A stretch of DNA of 64,000 nt, taken from positions 25,110,001 to 25,174,000 of the forward strand of contig NC_043000.1 in NCBI RefSeq assembly GCF_006345805.1, given 5' to 3'. The translations under genes and the position numbers were made by a program. The notes under the pieces were generated by a model. It worked only from the letters and a program-made list of their open reading frames with translations. It was not told the DNA's origin and ran no database searches. This DNA is from Octopus sinensis (lineage: Eukaryota). Positions 50,061-62,615 of the stretch are shown here, piece after piece. Within the stretch, counting starts at the first letter, position 1. Every line of letters begins with the position of its first letter.

Positions 50061-50066
<6 letters not shown>
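49855..50066 (+). mobile_element. Family G repeat ending in (TA)n
   Basis: gcatgtgaccgcgtgtgtatcgttgg...catgtttggattaac|tatata; mirrors 31293-31480 and 53522-53730. Confidence 0.85.
49928..49962 (+). ncRNA. Minimal type-I hammerhead ribozyme motif, fully intact
   Basis: guuuCUGACGAaGAGCucuGCUCGAAACGUUaaau. Stem I guuu/aaau; stem II GAGC/GCUC; palindromic stem III AACGUU; predicted cleavage after 49958. Confidence 0.75.
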
Positions 50067-50110
<44 letters not shown>

Positions 50111-50339
50111 AAAATAAGCAACAAGGATATCCAAATGTAATGCAGTACGATCGTTTCACGCAACTCCATTTAATTGAACAATGCAACCATTACATCAATT
50201 TAAATGCAGAGCAATCCTCAGCTGAACAAAGGCATAGAATTTAATTAAATTAAAACAGATGGACACATTAGTTTAATTTTACTTAAAATATCCAAGAAGT
50301 TTAGGAGATAGACAAAGAACATGCTGTCTTCACTTCTAA

Positions 50340-50735
50340 TCACATTCTCCTGTCATGGGAGCTTGTAAATTCGCAAGGGAACTTAGCATTAACCCTGAAT
50401 TAGACGAAGAACCTGAAACCACTGTCACGAAAAAAAAAAGTCGGATCAAACTGACTGCAAAAAGAACGGGCAGAAACAATCTGGTGGAGTGGTGGAGCCA
50501 GAAGCCCCTGCATAGACAGTATATACTTCGAAGCTGAAATGCTGATGTAAACTAAGTAACAGCCCATCAGTGATTGAGAAGCTCAGGACTAAAAGCAGAG
50601 ACTGAAGGTTTCATATTGGCGGCACAAGATCAAAGCTGGCTCACCAAAAACTATCAGGCTAACGTTCTTCAAAACGGTTCTAACCCTAAATGTAGATTCT
50701 GCGATAAATTTGATGAAACAATAGATCAGCACAGA
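50340..50735 (+). pseudogene. R4/Dong-clade LINE C-terminal fragment (zinc-knuckle region)
   Basis: LRSSGLKAETEGFILAAQDQSWLTKNYQANVLQNGSNPKCRFCDKFDETIDQH. Confidence 0.85.
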
Positions 50736-51477
50736 AGAATACACCGTATCAACGAGGGAACTGACTTGAGATTCAGCTTTACCATAAAGTTTGAGGTCAA
50801 CCATGAATAACAAGTGGCTGACTTTTTGTTGGCGGCTTTTGCATACTTACCCAGCCTTTGCTTTCCTCAGAATCAGTGGGGACAGGCAGTCTCCTTGGAA
50901 GATGCCTTCCTAATTTCTATTGCCTCTAAACTTCTATATGCTGTCAGTTCCGTCCTCCACTTCGCCATACTTTTATCCGAGCAATCACCCAAGAGTCGAT
51001 TCAATACCAAATAGGTTCGGACGTTCCATAATCCAAGAATGTGGGATCATATCGTACGTCTTACGATAATCAATTCATTACATGGCTAAGTTAGTTTTCC
51101 TCCTTTTGCAGTCTATAAGTACAGTTTTGTCTACCATGTGTTGATCCTTGGTACCTCTGGACTTACGCTTGCAACCATTCTGCTCATGTGGCAGGACTCC
51201 ATTTTTTCCAGACGTCAGTACATTGACTCTACGGCTATTCCATCAATAATTTCCACATAAGTGGCAAGCAGGATGTCGGCCTGTAATTGTCTACTGTATT
51301 GCTTTTTCGATGATTTTCAAGCACAACACTGGTGTTGCTTAGTCGGCATTTAACAAGGTATTGAGTTGCGCAGCTATTTGTGCACGACATTCACCAAAAC
51401 TTTTAATCCAGTAGCCTTGAACTCCATCTGGTCCCGGGGCCTTCCAGTTGCCCATCACTTCCCTAACTAAAACGACT
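50735..51477 (-). pseudogene. R4/Dong-clade reverse transcriptase core fragment
   Basis: [84 protein letters not shown]; stops and deletions. Confidence 0.92.
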
Positions 51478-51511
51478 ATTATTATTATTATTATCATTAT
51501 TATTATTATTA

Positions 51512-51548
<37 letters not shown>

Positions 51549-52129
51549 CATCGTCATCATTAAGGTGGCGAGCTTAGTAAGAGAGTCTTTCTAAACAACC
51601 ATTTCGGCACTCATATCAAAGTTCTGTATCGATGCGTTCTAACTAACCCTCTTCCACCGAATAACACCGAAGTATAATGTAATGACCATCAACAGACCGA
51701 AAAACTTCACAAGACTCAATACATCTCTAATTTCATGGCGTTAGATGCATTAATGATAACTACTCTTTCTTGGATAGGCCGCCACTCTTTCATATTGTAA
51801 TAAATGTCAAAATACCCAACCAATACATGCCATGGGATTCAGTTTAAAACCTACTAAATGGTAACGTAAAGAATGGAATATGGAGCCTTTACATTGTTGC
51901 ACAAGCAGCTAGAAAAAGCAGTTAAATTTTCTTTCTATGGCCCCTCCTACTGTCTTTCGGAAGGAAGGACTGATCAGTTAATATAATTCTAGATTGACTA
52001 TGTCTGAAAAAAAATAAATAAAAAACAAAAACAAGAAAACGTGGTAGCCACAGCCGCACACTTAAATCTAGGTCTTCCAACAAGTTAAAAAAACCCAACA
52101 ACTTCTACTTCTGCTAATACTACTACTAC

Positions 52130-52588
52130 TGCTGCTGCTGTCTTCTTCTTCTAATCAGGGCTCACGCCATTAGCCTCAAAGAATAATCTCTAATTCGAGC
52201 CCACTCTAAGCTACTAAGAATGCGTGTGGCAACTTGAAGATCCACCCACCACACGCAATAGACTGGCGGTTACACGAGCGCGAAAGCTACGTTGTTATCC
52301 TTATTCCGTAAACGGTGGCTTTTAACGGGTGGAGAGCTGAACCATCCTGGGGTACAGAGGATTCATAATCTAGACTAGGGTCTGAAAGTTTACTACACCA
52401 TAGTGGGTTACACCATGGTTCTTCTGCTTTGTGGCAGAACTTGTAATGAAAGAGTACAGCGGGGTTCACCCGCACCCCTGTCGGAGCCTCGTGGAGCTTA
52501 GGTGTTTTTGCTCAATAATTAACACTCGAAACCGCTTTCTTACGACCGCAAGTCCGCTGCCCTAACCACTGGGCCATTGCGCCTCCAC
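52130..52588 (-). mobile_element. SINE-B head with tail type 3
   Basis: Head 52445-52588 (ccactgggccattgcgcctccac); the downstream ~300 bp is unrelated to tails 1 and 2 and ends in AGA/AGC/AGT triplets. Confidence 0.75.
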
Positions 52589-53199
52589 ACTGCTGCTGTT
52601 GCTACTGCTTCTACTAGTTTTTATTCAAAATCATACGAACTTGCTCATTTCGTTTCCACACTCCTATAAAAACTCAGACCAATGTCACCAAGAAGTTTCT
52701 ATCAAACTGCGTCATATATCAAAAACTATGGTGAGATGCAACAGGTCAGAATGCTCTCAGCAGTAGTGGTACTAGTAGTTTGTCAATACATTAAATTCGA
52801 AGACATTAGTCGCCAAAATACGATAAAAATAAAATTAAAATGAAGTGCTGGCTACGGTCGTATTATATATACTAATAAAATAATGTCATCTCCGCCATTA
52901 AGATGTTGCTATTAACTCTAACCGTTGAAGCTTTTCAGAAAAGCATTTATTTATTTGATTTTTTCTTTAACTGGTTTCATTTATTTGACTGTAGCTAAGA
53001 TAGGATGCTGTTGACAAGGAGGCTAAGCCTATCAATTGACTCCACACTTATTTCAGTAATTCTGATATAAGTTTTAACAATGTCTATTTATCGAATTGCT
53101 AGATCAGCACTGGCTTCAAGTGATACACAATGACACCAGGTTAAACAGATACACATGCACACATTCATACGTTAACGCGCACACATATAGGCATATATG

Positions 53200-53251
<52 letters not shown>

Positions 53252-53412
53252 ATACATATATATACATACATATATATATAGTATATATATATACATACAT
53301 GTGTGTACGTATATATATACATAGATATATATCTATATACATGCATATATACAGATATATAGATATATATCTATGTATATCTATATCTATGTATATACCA
53401 CACACACACACA

Positions 53413-53457
<45 letters not shown>

Positions 53458-53472
53458 AACATATATATATAA

Positions 53473-53516
<44 letters not shown>

Positions 53517-53521
53517 TATAT

Positions 53522-53730
53522 AGTAAATCCCAAAAAGGAAGAACAAACAAAAAACAACAATAACGCGAGTACGTGTTACATATAAAGTATTAGCAGACGC
53601 TCAAGGAAGAAAAGAAAGGTGATTTTACGTCTCGAGCAAAGCTCTTCTTCAGAAACAAGAGACAGAGGAAAGTCCAAGAGAAAAGGAAGACGGAGGAAAA
53701 AGAATCGCCAATGATACACGTGGTTACATA
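53522..53730 (-). mobile_element. Family G repeat with mutated hammerhead
   Basis: Reverse complement tttCTGAAGAagagctttgctcGAGAcgtaaaa (GAAA changed to GAGA). Confidence 0.75.
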
Positions 53731-53731
53731 T

Positions 53732-53785
<54 letters not shown>

Positions 53786-54159
53786 CTTATTCTTCTTCTT
53801 ATTTCATTTGAAACGAAATCATTCTGAATACAAATCGAGCATTGATCGATATAACACGATTTCTGTAGAAATTATATATATATATATGCATATAAACATG
53901 ATAGTGGTGTACTGTGAGAATGAGTGCTCCACACAGCATTCGGGATAAGTTTTTTTATTTGTGGACAAACAAGGCAGCCAATGGTTTCTACTGGGTAAGA
54001 TCTCTACAATTTTCAAATGATCTTCTTAGAAATCATCTCCGTTTTGGGTGAGAATATGGTTGCCATTTTAATCCATATATATATGCCTTCGTCCCTTTCT
54101 TTCTCTCTCTCTTTGATTCCTTGCTCCCTGCTTTTCTTTTTCTTTCTCTTTCTTCCGTG

Positions 54160-54620
54160 CTCTCACGTGACCGCATTCAAACCGGTCTTTTTGGCTTGAC
54201 CGCTGCCATGTTAACGTTTGTTTTCGTTTTGCCGCAAAGGCATTTTTCAAATACGCCAGGCAAGATAAGTTAAAAATTGTCTAAAGTCGTAAGACGCCCG
54301 CTGTTTTTGTCCTGCTTACCATTCTTGTTTTTTATTTCTATTTTTTGTTTCTTGTATTTATATTCGTGTGGCACCCTGTCTTTGTTTCGTATACATTCGA
54401 TCCTCTTTCCAAGAAATCTAATGCCTGTGGCTTAGTTTTTCATTGGGGATTGGCCGGTTCGGACTGATATCGAGATTAAACAGCCGAAATTGCTAAGATG
54501 ATCCGGTTCCGACTGAAGATTAGAGGCTTCGAGTGACCCGTCTGTTTTTTTTGTGTCGTTTCTTTATGTGTTTTTGCGTTCTTGTCCCACTTTGTAATTT
54601 ATATTTTATATTTAATTTCT
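54160..54620 (+). mobile_element. Unclassified repeat family E ending in (TA)n
   Basis: Shares ctcacgtgac, tctaatgc, ggcttag and cagccgaaattgctaagatgatc with 5010-5545 and 5815-6320. Confidence 0.75.
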
Positions 54621-54634
54621 ATATATATATATAT

Positions 54635-54685
<51 letters not shown>

Positions 54686-55544
54686 TAGGTACACATGCAC
54701 ACACATTTATACATATATGCATACCTCAGCATATTTTCCCCTCTACCAAATTCTACTCGCATACCATTGGTCAAAGTATAAACGGCGTCAACATTTTAAA
54801 TCTTGTTTCTTTTTGAAGTCTGAAGCCTTTCTTTTTTGTTCTGTCTTTCTTTCTCTCTTTCTTTTTCTTCTTATTATTATTTGAAACGAAATTATTCTGA
54901 ATGCAAATCGAGCATTGATCGATATAACACGATTTCTGTAGAATTTCACTTGATTAGGCAAATACAAGGCCTTAAATTTTAGCGAAGGACGGATGAAGCA
55001 GGAGGAAGAGTGTGTGGGGGCGAAGGAAAAGAAGAAATATAATGCTGTGATGCGTATGCTGTTCTCTCAAGAGTATTAACATGATAAGTGAATTTACTCT
55101 CCCTGGAGGCAAAATGAATACTGATAGTTTATCCATTCGACTGCTACCGTCGTCACTTTATCTAGTATAAGAATGTACTGTGAAGAGATATTAGTGTTGT
55201 TTTGTGTGAAGAAGACAGACGTCTTACTTGCCTAAGATATCTATCACTTCCTCTTGGCAACTAAAACCGTGTTTGAAAATAATATAATCTTTCGATATTC
55301 AAATTACGTGTTTGAAAAAAAAAGTGAAAAAAAAGCTGAAAGAAATAAGAATGTAGAAGCAGACGATAAGCAGATAAAAGGAAGGAAAAAATAAAGAATG
55401 GGTAGGAAAGAGAGGGGAAGAAAGAGGGAAGATAATGGCAGGGAGGAGGGGGAGAAGTAAGAGATATTTAAATACATGCACTAGCATATCAACCACTATT
55501 TATACGTTAAGAGGCATATACATGTTCACTAGTAAACAGTGCAT

Positions 55545-55553
55545 GTATCCGGA

Positions 55554-55588
<35 letters not shown>

Positions 55589-55653
55589 ATATATATATGC
55601 ATGTATATACATATATAGTGTATATATATATGTGTATGTATATATACACACAC

Positions 55654-55729
<76 letters not shown>

Positions 55730-55954
55730 TATGCACAATATATATATAGATATATATATATAGATATATACAATAGATATACAATATATATGTCTATATA
55801 TGTATAATATATATGTCTATATATATATATTGTATATATATCTATATATATATTGTGTATATATATATACACACTATATATATATATGTGTACGTACGTA
55901 TGTATAAATACATATATATATGCATGTATATATCGTATGTATATGTATTATGAA

Positions 55955-56031
<77 letters not shown>

Positions 56032-56070
56032 ATGGATGGATGGATGTATGTATATGTAGATATAGGAACT
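55545..56070. repeat. (TA)n/(GATA)n/(TG)n microsatellite block
   Basis: Directly visible. Confidence 0.95.
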
Positions 56071-56804
56071 CTAACGGTATGAAAGTTATTCCGTTTTTCA
56101 CCTCTTCTTTTGGTATCTGTCATTTTTTAGTGTTTATGTGTCTCCCCAAAACGAACTGGATATGCACCACACGTAAATATATTCTCGTGAAAAACTGTCA
56201 TGAATGATCATCTCATTAAGACGATTGTTATAGTTTAATTCCCAAAGCGATTCGCTGATTGGGTATCCACTTTTATGTAAAAGATAGGAATGAAAATGTG
56301 AAGAAAAAAAGGTCTTCAAGTAACTCGAAACGTTATGTTTATACAATTAATTTTACATTTATATAGCATCTCGTAGTTCTTCTACATCTATATCCATAAA
56401 CAGAGTGTTTCTCGGTGTTTGTGCTTCGTCAGTAATGTGTAACAGACAGGAAATTCATTATATTATTACAAGTAACATATTCAAGTTGTATTCTTCGTCA
56501 TAAATCAGGTCGAGTGATACAGAGTAAGAGAGAAAGGTTAAAAAAAAAATAGTCATACAAATTTTCAGGGGGAGAGCTAGAGAGAAAGAGACAGAGAGAG
56601 AAAAACAGATACTCACACACGCATATATACATACACACACATATATATATATATATATAAATATATATATGCATATAAATCTGTAAATGTAATATGTGAC
56701 AATTATTCGGTAGCCATGATACCACATATTACATTTACAGATAAATTCCTCTATTTACATAATATCGAGGTCTCTTTCATTCTTTTGTTGTCTTACCATT
56801 TCTA

Positions 56805-56848
<44 letters not shown>

Positions 56849-57676
56849 TACATACATTCATTCATACACATAAACGCACACGCGCGTATACATTTTTATA
56901 TACGTAGAGTATATACATACATGCGTACACGCACACATACATACATACATACATACATACATACATACATACATACATACATACATACATACATACATAC
57001 ACACACACATACATACATACTGCTATCCATTCCTACTGCTGCTACCATCACGACCCAACAACAATTAGACGCAAACTAAACACCCGTACCCTGTAAGAAA
57101 AACATTTTTACTTCCAGAACTGATATCATGGAAGATTAATTTCATTTAGTTTATTTCTATTTATCTTCCCTTTCATTTCAACATGACTAAACCGTGTTTT
57201 TAAGCGATGGGAACCGGAAGTATATTTTCATAAAACTGTAAATACTTTCTTCCATTTAGCCTTGATAAAGTTCTCAAACATTTTCTTCTTTTCGCTTTTT
57301 AACATAAATTTACTCGCATGAAACCTCTCAAACTTTTCAATGTGTGTGTGTGTGTTTACTTTTTCTCTTACCGTGTCTCTTATTATCGGATTTAGAATGA
57401 AGATTACCCTGGTGACATACAGTTTCCGTCTCTCAAATTTCTCTCATAAGGAATTGGTCAACCAGAGTCTATAGCAGAAGGCGTTCGTCTAATGTACGGT
57501 GCAGTCTGTGCAAATCCATCACAACGTTAATGCTTAAGCATACAGCTATAGGTATGCGTCCAACAACTTATTTGTAAATTCAAACGTATGTGTCTGTATC
57601 TCTGGCTGGTTATCTGTCTGTCTGTCTGTCCATCCATCCAGCCAACTAGCCAGCCAGCCATCAATCTTTCTTCTTT

Positions 57677-57730
<54 letters not shown>

Positions 57731-57829
57731 TTCCTTTCTTTCTTCCTTTGTCTGTCTATCTGTCTGTGTCTATCTATCTATCTATCTACGTGTGATTAAG
57801 GAAAATCGCTTTTCTTTTAGACATATTGA

Positions 57830-58450
57830 GAACACAACTGGTTCTAGTTTTTCAGTTCTTTTTATTAAGTTCCTTTTTTGTTTTTGTTTTTGTTTTTGCA
57901 TGTTTTCTTATGAGTCCCTTGAAGATTATTTCAAATAAAGTTATCACATCCATCATCGATATTTCTCAGTTTTCACACTCTCATCTTCAGGATGTTGTGA
58001 TGTTAGAGTGTGTTGTATCCCGAAGGTCATGTGTACACCAATCACATTGTAAGCTTTACCGTCGGAATTTTAAGTCTTGATTGCCAGATAATATACCTCT
58101 AATCTATGTCATGTGTGTGTTTATTTTAGTATTGTGAACTATTATGAGAACTACCATCATAGTTAACCGTGATCTTTTTGTAGACTATAGATGTCTTTTC
58201 CACTAATGTTTTCTGTCCTGATTTTTTTTTGTGTTGCGTTGCATAGTGTTTTGCAATTGCATCTTGTAAATGCATGATGCACCGGCAGAAGAGTTTCGTA
58301 ATTGTATAGCCAATGAAGCAGTTAGAGCTATGAACTTTAAAACTTTCCAATTTACAATCGAATTCATTCGCCACTTTGGTCATTAGTAGCTTATCCCCGG
58401 GTTTATATGTTTGTGGTTTGTTATTGATTGGAAGGTTTTTAATCTTACTG
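57830..58450 (-). mobile_element. Penelope-like element 3' relic: GIY-YIG endonuclease followed by a hammerhead-like motif
   Basis: ORF 58126-58383 TKVANEFDC...CFIGYTITKLFCRCIMHLQDAIAKHY...LVEKTSIVYK resembles the PLE endonuclease (VYEFxC...YIGYTTxxLxxRxxxHLQ). Downstream on the same strand acaucCUGAAGA...GAAA...gaugu at 57946-57995. Confidence 0.75.
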
Positions 58451-58458
58451 TTTTATAG

Positions 58459-58830
58459 TATACTAGCACTATTATCCGGCAACGCCGGGTAATAGTGCTA
58501 GTATAATAGTGCTAATATACAGCTGCGTGCGTGCGCACATACACGCGAGTACTGTCCAAATCTCCGACCAATCACATACAGCTAGCTGGCATTCAATTGG
58601 CGTATCAAGTTTCGGGCATTTTGATTGGGTTTGGATAGAAAATTCACAAAAAGTCACTTCTATTGATTTTTAATGGCTTTGCGGGGTGACTGGGGAAATG
58701 TAAAGATGTGCACGATCACCCATGGACGGCTTTGAATGACCATAGAAAGTGCGAGCCCTCTAACTGAAAAATTGTGGATTTGTATAAAGGACACACACAC
58801 ACAAACATTTTGATTTATGTTAATAATTTG
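58459..58830 (+). mobile_element. Helitron/Helentron-type non-autonomous element with a 47-bp terminal palindrome
   Basis: tatactagcactattatccggc-aac-gccgggtaatagtgctagtata; ends acacacacacaaacattttgatttat, like 62616-63759. Confidence 0.6.
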
Positions 58831-58924
58831 ATGTAATGTATTGTGTTCTGCCTTGTGAGGTTTTTGATGATGTGTTCATCTATTTTATTGCTACTATGCA
58901 TTTAATTTATAGAATACATAATAG

Positions 58925-59783
58925 TGACAGAAGCAGTTTTAATAGCAAAAGGTAACATTTATCTCCACTTAAAAGTGGATGTTGTGTTAGAACAAAGAAT
59001 ACTGGATTATATACCATGAGAGAACCTCTCACATGGACTTATGATGCATATAAGCACTTGTGTTTAAATCGCTAGCAGAAGGTAATCGTCCACTACCACT
59101 GCCAGAACGACCAGATCACGTGATTTCGGGCTTCCTTGGCCTTGTCAATCGGAGACGTCCGTGGCTAGAGGTAGCAGCGATGCCTCGTCAGAGATATACA
59201 TGGAATTTCATTGTATATTCAAGCACCGGTATCGCAAATAGCTAGTGGGCTTATTGAAAAAAAATAATCAATAGCGACTACTAGACTACATGATTTCAGC
59301 CTTCCTTGGCTTTGTCAATGGTAGACACCCGAAGCTAAATATACCAGCAATTCCTCCGTCAGCGATATACATAGAATCTCGGTTTCTATTCAGGCACTGG
59401 TATCGCAAAATAGCCAGTAGGCTTATTGAAAAATTAGCAACAGAAGCAGTGATAATACCAAATGGTAATAGTTATCCCCACTCAAGAGTTGATGTGTTAG
59501 AACACAGAATAATGCGTTATTTATCGTGAGAGAACTTCTCATAATGAACTTGTTGGGAAATCGCTGCTATCTCTAGCCACGGATATCTGTCATTGACAGG
59601 ACCAAGGAAGGTCGAAACCACGTGTTCTGGCAGTTCCAGCGGTGATAGCAGACGATTATCTACCGCTCACGATCTAAGCAAGAGTGCTTATATGCACTAC
59701 AAGTCCATGTAAGAGGTTCTCTCGTGATAAATAACGTGTTCTTACACAACATCCACTTTCATTGGGGATAAATATTACCTTTT
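58925..59783. repeat. Complex internally duplicated and inverted repeat
   Basis: Arms 58947-59181 and 59560-59783 are reverse complements; the spacer holds direct copies of arm modules. Confidence 0.85.
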
Positions 59784-60599
59784 CATCGAATACACTTTTA
59801 TGTGTGGTTTGTGTATTTTTAACGCGTCCGATGTATTTATTGCGCCATATTTATGTTTGTAATGTTCTATGATTTGATCTATTTAGTTTAAGAAGTGTTC
59901 GTTTTATATTGTGGAATTATTTATCTAGTGCATCATTTTAAGTTCTCCTATAGCAGAATGTAAATGCCTTTTTAATCAAGGATTTTAACATTGACATTTG
60001 TACCTTTGTGCACATTTGCAGTTTCCATGTAAGTATATGCGTTATTTATGTTTTTGGCGTAAACGGAAAACATTAAAGGACAACGCATTTACACTCTATG
60101 GAAAGATCATCACAGATGTGGAGATTAATGATGAAAGCAATACTCTTAGCACAGTACATTGCTAAAAATCAACATACTTACAATATACATTAGAGACAAA
60201 CAAGAATAAACGTCTGATTGATTGCGTTTTAATCTAATGGTGAAAATATCGCCTTCCCCATTATAGAAAGACTGCAAAAATCACCAACATCCTCCTGAAG
60301 ATAACACATGAAAGTTCAGAAACATTCATGGTAGTTTTATTATCTTTATTATTGCTACACAAAAAAAATGAGAGAAACGCAAGGAGAATATGCAAAAGAC
60401 AATCATACAAGAAAAAGATAAAACTAATGCTTTCAACGGCGATGCAAACATGCAGACACCTATGTATGTATGTATGTATGTATGTATGTAGTATGTATGT
60501 ATGTATGTATGTATGTATGTATGTATGTATGTAGATTTGTTTGTTTTGTTTTATATATGTAATCTCATGCATATAGTTGCATATCTCGAAATGCTCCTA

Positions 60600-61680
60600 T
60601 TTACTTAAATGATAAACTTCTGATAAGTTTTACAGATTTTTACAGTTCCAGTGATGGATTGGATCTGCAGTCTTTGCATTAGCTTTCTCCTTTCTTGTTT
60701 TGGGAAGCCTAATTTCTCAAGATTGGTATTTAGGCAGTGTGTTACATATCCTAGTGTACCAATAATTATAGCTATAAACCTGAACTTGTAATCTAGATAA
60801 AGTAACTGCAGATTTCTCAATAGTTCAGCGTAAGTATTCTCTTACTCACTGATCTTCAGCTTTATGTTAAAAACCGTTGGACAGCTAATTTCTACAACTG
60901 CACACAGTTTCTCTTCTTATCCCAAATCATTATATCAGGTCTGTTGTGCTTACATTTTATTGAGGGTTTCACTGGTACATTCCACCAGTATTCCTTTTCA
61001 TTATGAGTGGTTGTAGCTTCTACCATGCTGTAGGTTCTTATTTCTTTGTCCTTGGGATTATCCTTCCGACGGATTTCATTATAGAGTGTCCTAGCTACAA
61101 CATCATGTTTCATCGGTAGATAAAACCGTGGTAACATTTTCGGATAACTGCTTATGATGTGGATGATATCTTCAGTATGAACTCCACAAAGTCTGCATCG
61201 GTTGTCACATTTTACTGCTTTTCTTGCATCTCTATTTCTTTTGTTCATCAGGTATTGGTTGATATTTCTTGTTCCGGGATTGCAAACGCATACCCTTCGA
61301 AGTGGGAGGTTGTAATCTGGCTATTCGTCCATGATAAACTGCTTTAATGATCGATGTTACTATCATCTCTGAACTTTCTACTAACATATCCATGCATAGT
61401 CTTCGGCTCATATAGGCTCATCCTTTCATCTGATGATACATTGTGGTAAAGTCGTGTGACTTCTTTGGACATGTATTCGAGGTTATCAGACAAGGAATGT
61501 TGCTCAAGGAGCTGCCTTCCAAGTCTTATGACGTTATCAGCCTCATGTATGCAAACTTGGTCAAGGGATGCACTTCGACACTTGGTGGTTAAAAGATGTT
61601 GCCGAAGGGATATGATACGACATTCAAAGGCATCGATGTTAAGCCTCAGCCGCGTTGTTTTCATTTCAGGTAGAGTTGGT
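60600..61680 (-). pseudogene. R4/Dong-clade LINE 3' half (zinc knuckle plus RLE endonuclease), 5'-truncated
   Basis: CRLCGVHTEDIIHIISS, KHDVVARTLY, KHNRPDIMIWDK, IIGTLGYV, SITGTVKICKT*; frameshifted; flanked by (CATA/TATG)n. Confidence 0.92.
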
Positions 61681-62455
61681 CTATGTCACTGTTTATGTGG
61701 AAGTTATGTGTGCTTGTTAGTGTTTAGTATGTATGTACGTATATGTGTATGCATGTATATATTTTTTCGTGTATGTATGTAGGTAGGTAGATAGGTACGT
61801 ACGTACGTATGTGTGTATATGTATATGCATGTATGCTTGTATGTGTGTACTTGTGAGTGTGCACATGTATATATTTATTGCATTGATTTAATTTAGTCAG
61901 CTGTAGAGAACACTGAAAGTTTACCCGTACAAAATGGCTACAGCCGGCTAAATTGTCTTTTCTTATCTATAGTATTGCATACATTTCTTTCGGTTCTTAT
62001 TACTGAGGTATACACATAAATACATCCATCCATACATACATGTTATAAATGAATTATATATACACGCATACACATGCATCGTTTAAGCGTGCTGCATGTG
62101 ACTGTTGCCATTATTTGGAGTCTGAAATAAGGATAAACAGAATGAACAAATAAATGATTTCTGTGCAATCCAAACAAAGCGAAAAAGAATTTCAAAATGA
62201 TCAGAATAGAAGGGAAATTCTTGTAATGAAAAGACATTGGTAAGTGAGAATTGTGGTGCTAGTCACGTAGATTCTTCTCTTCAAATATTTCAAATTCTCT
62301 TCGTGTTTTCTATAGAATTTACAACATCTGTTATGAATAATTTGATTAGAAAATATATTGGAAAACTTTTACGATACTTAGCATGTGATTGGCTCATCTT
62401 GTACGTATCTGGACATTTTTAAATGTATATTTTAATCTTAAACAACAATGTTGTG

Positions 62456-62516
<61 letters not shown>

Positions 62517-62528
62517 ATGTATATTTGT

Positions 62529-62603
<75 letters not shown>

Positions 62604-62615
62604 ATATATATATAT

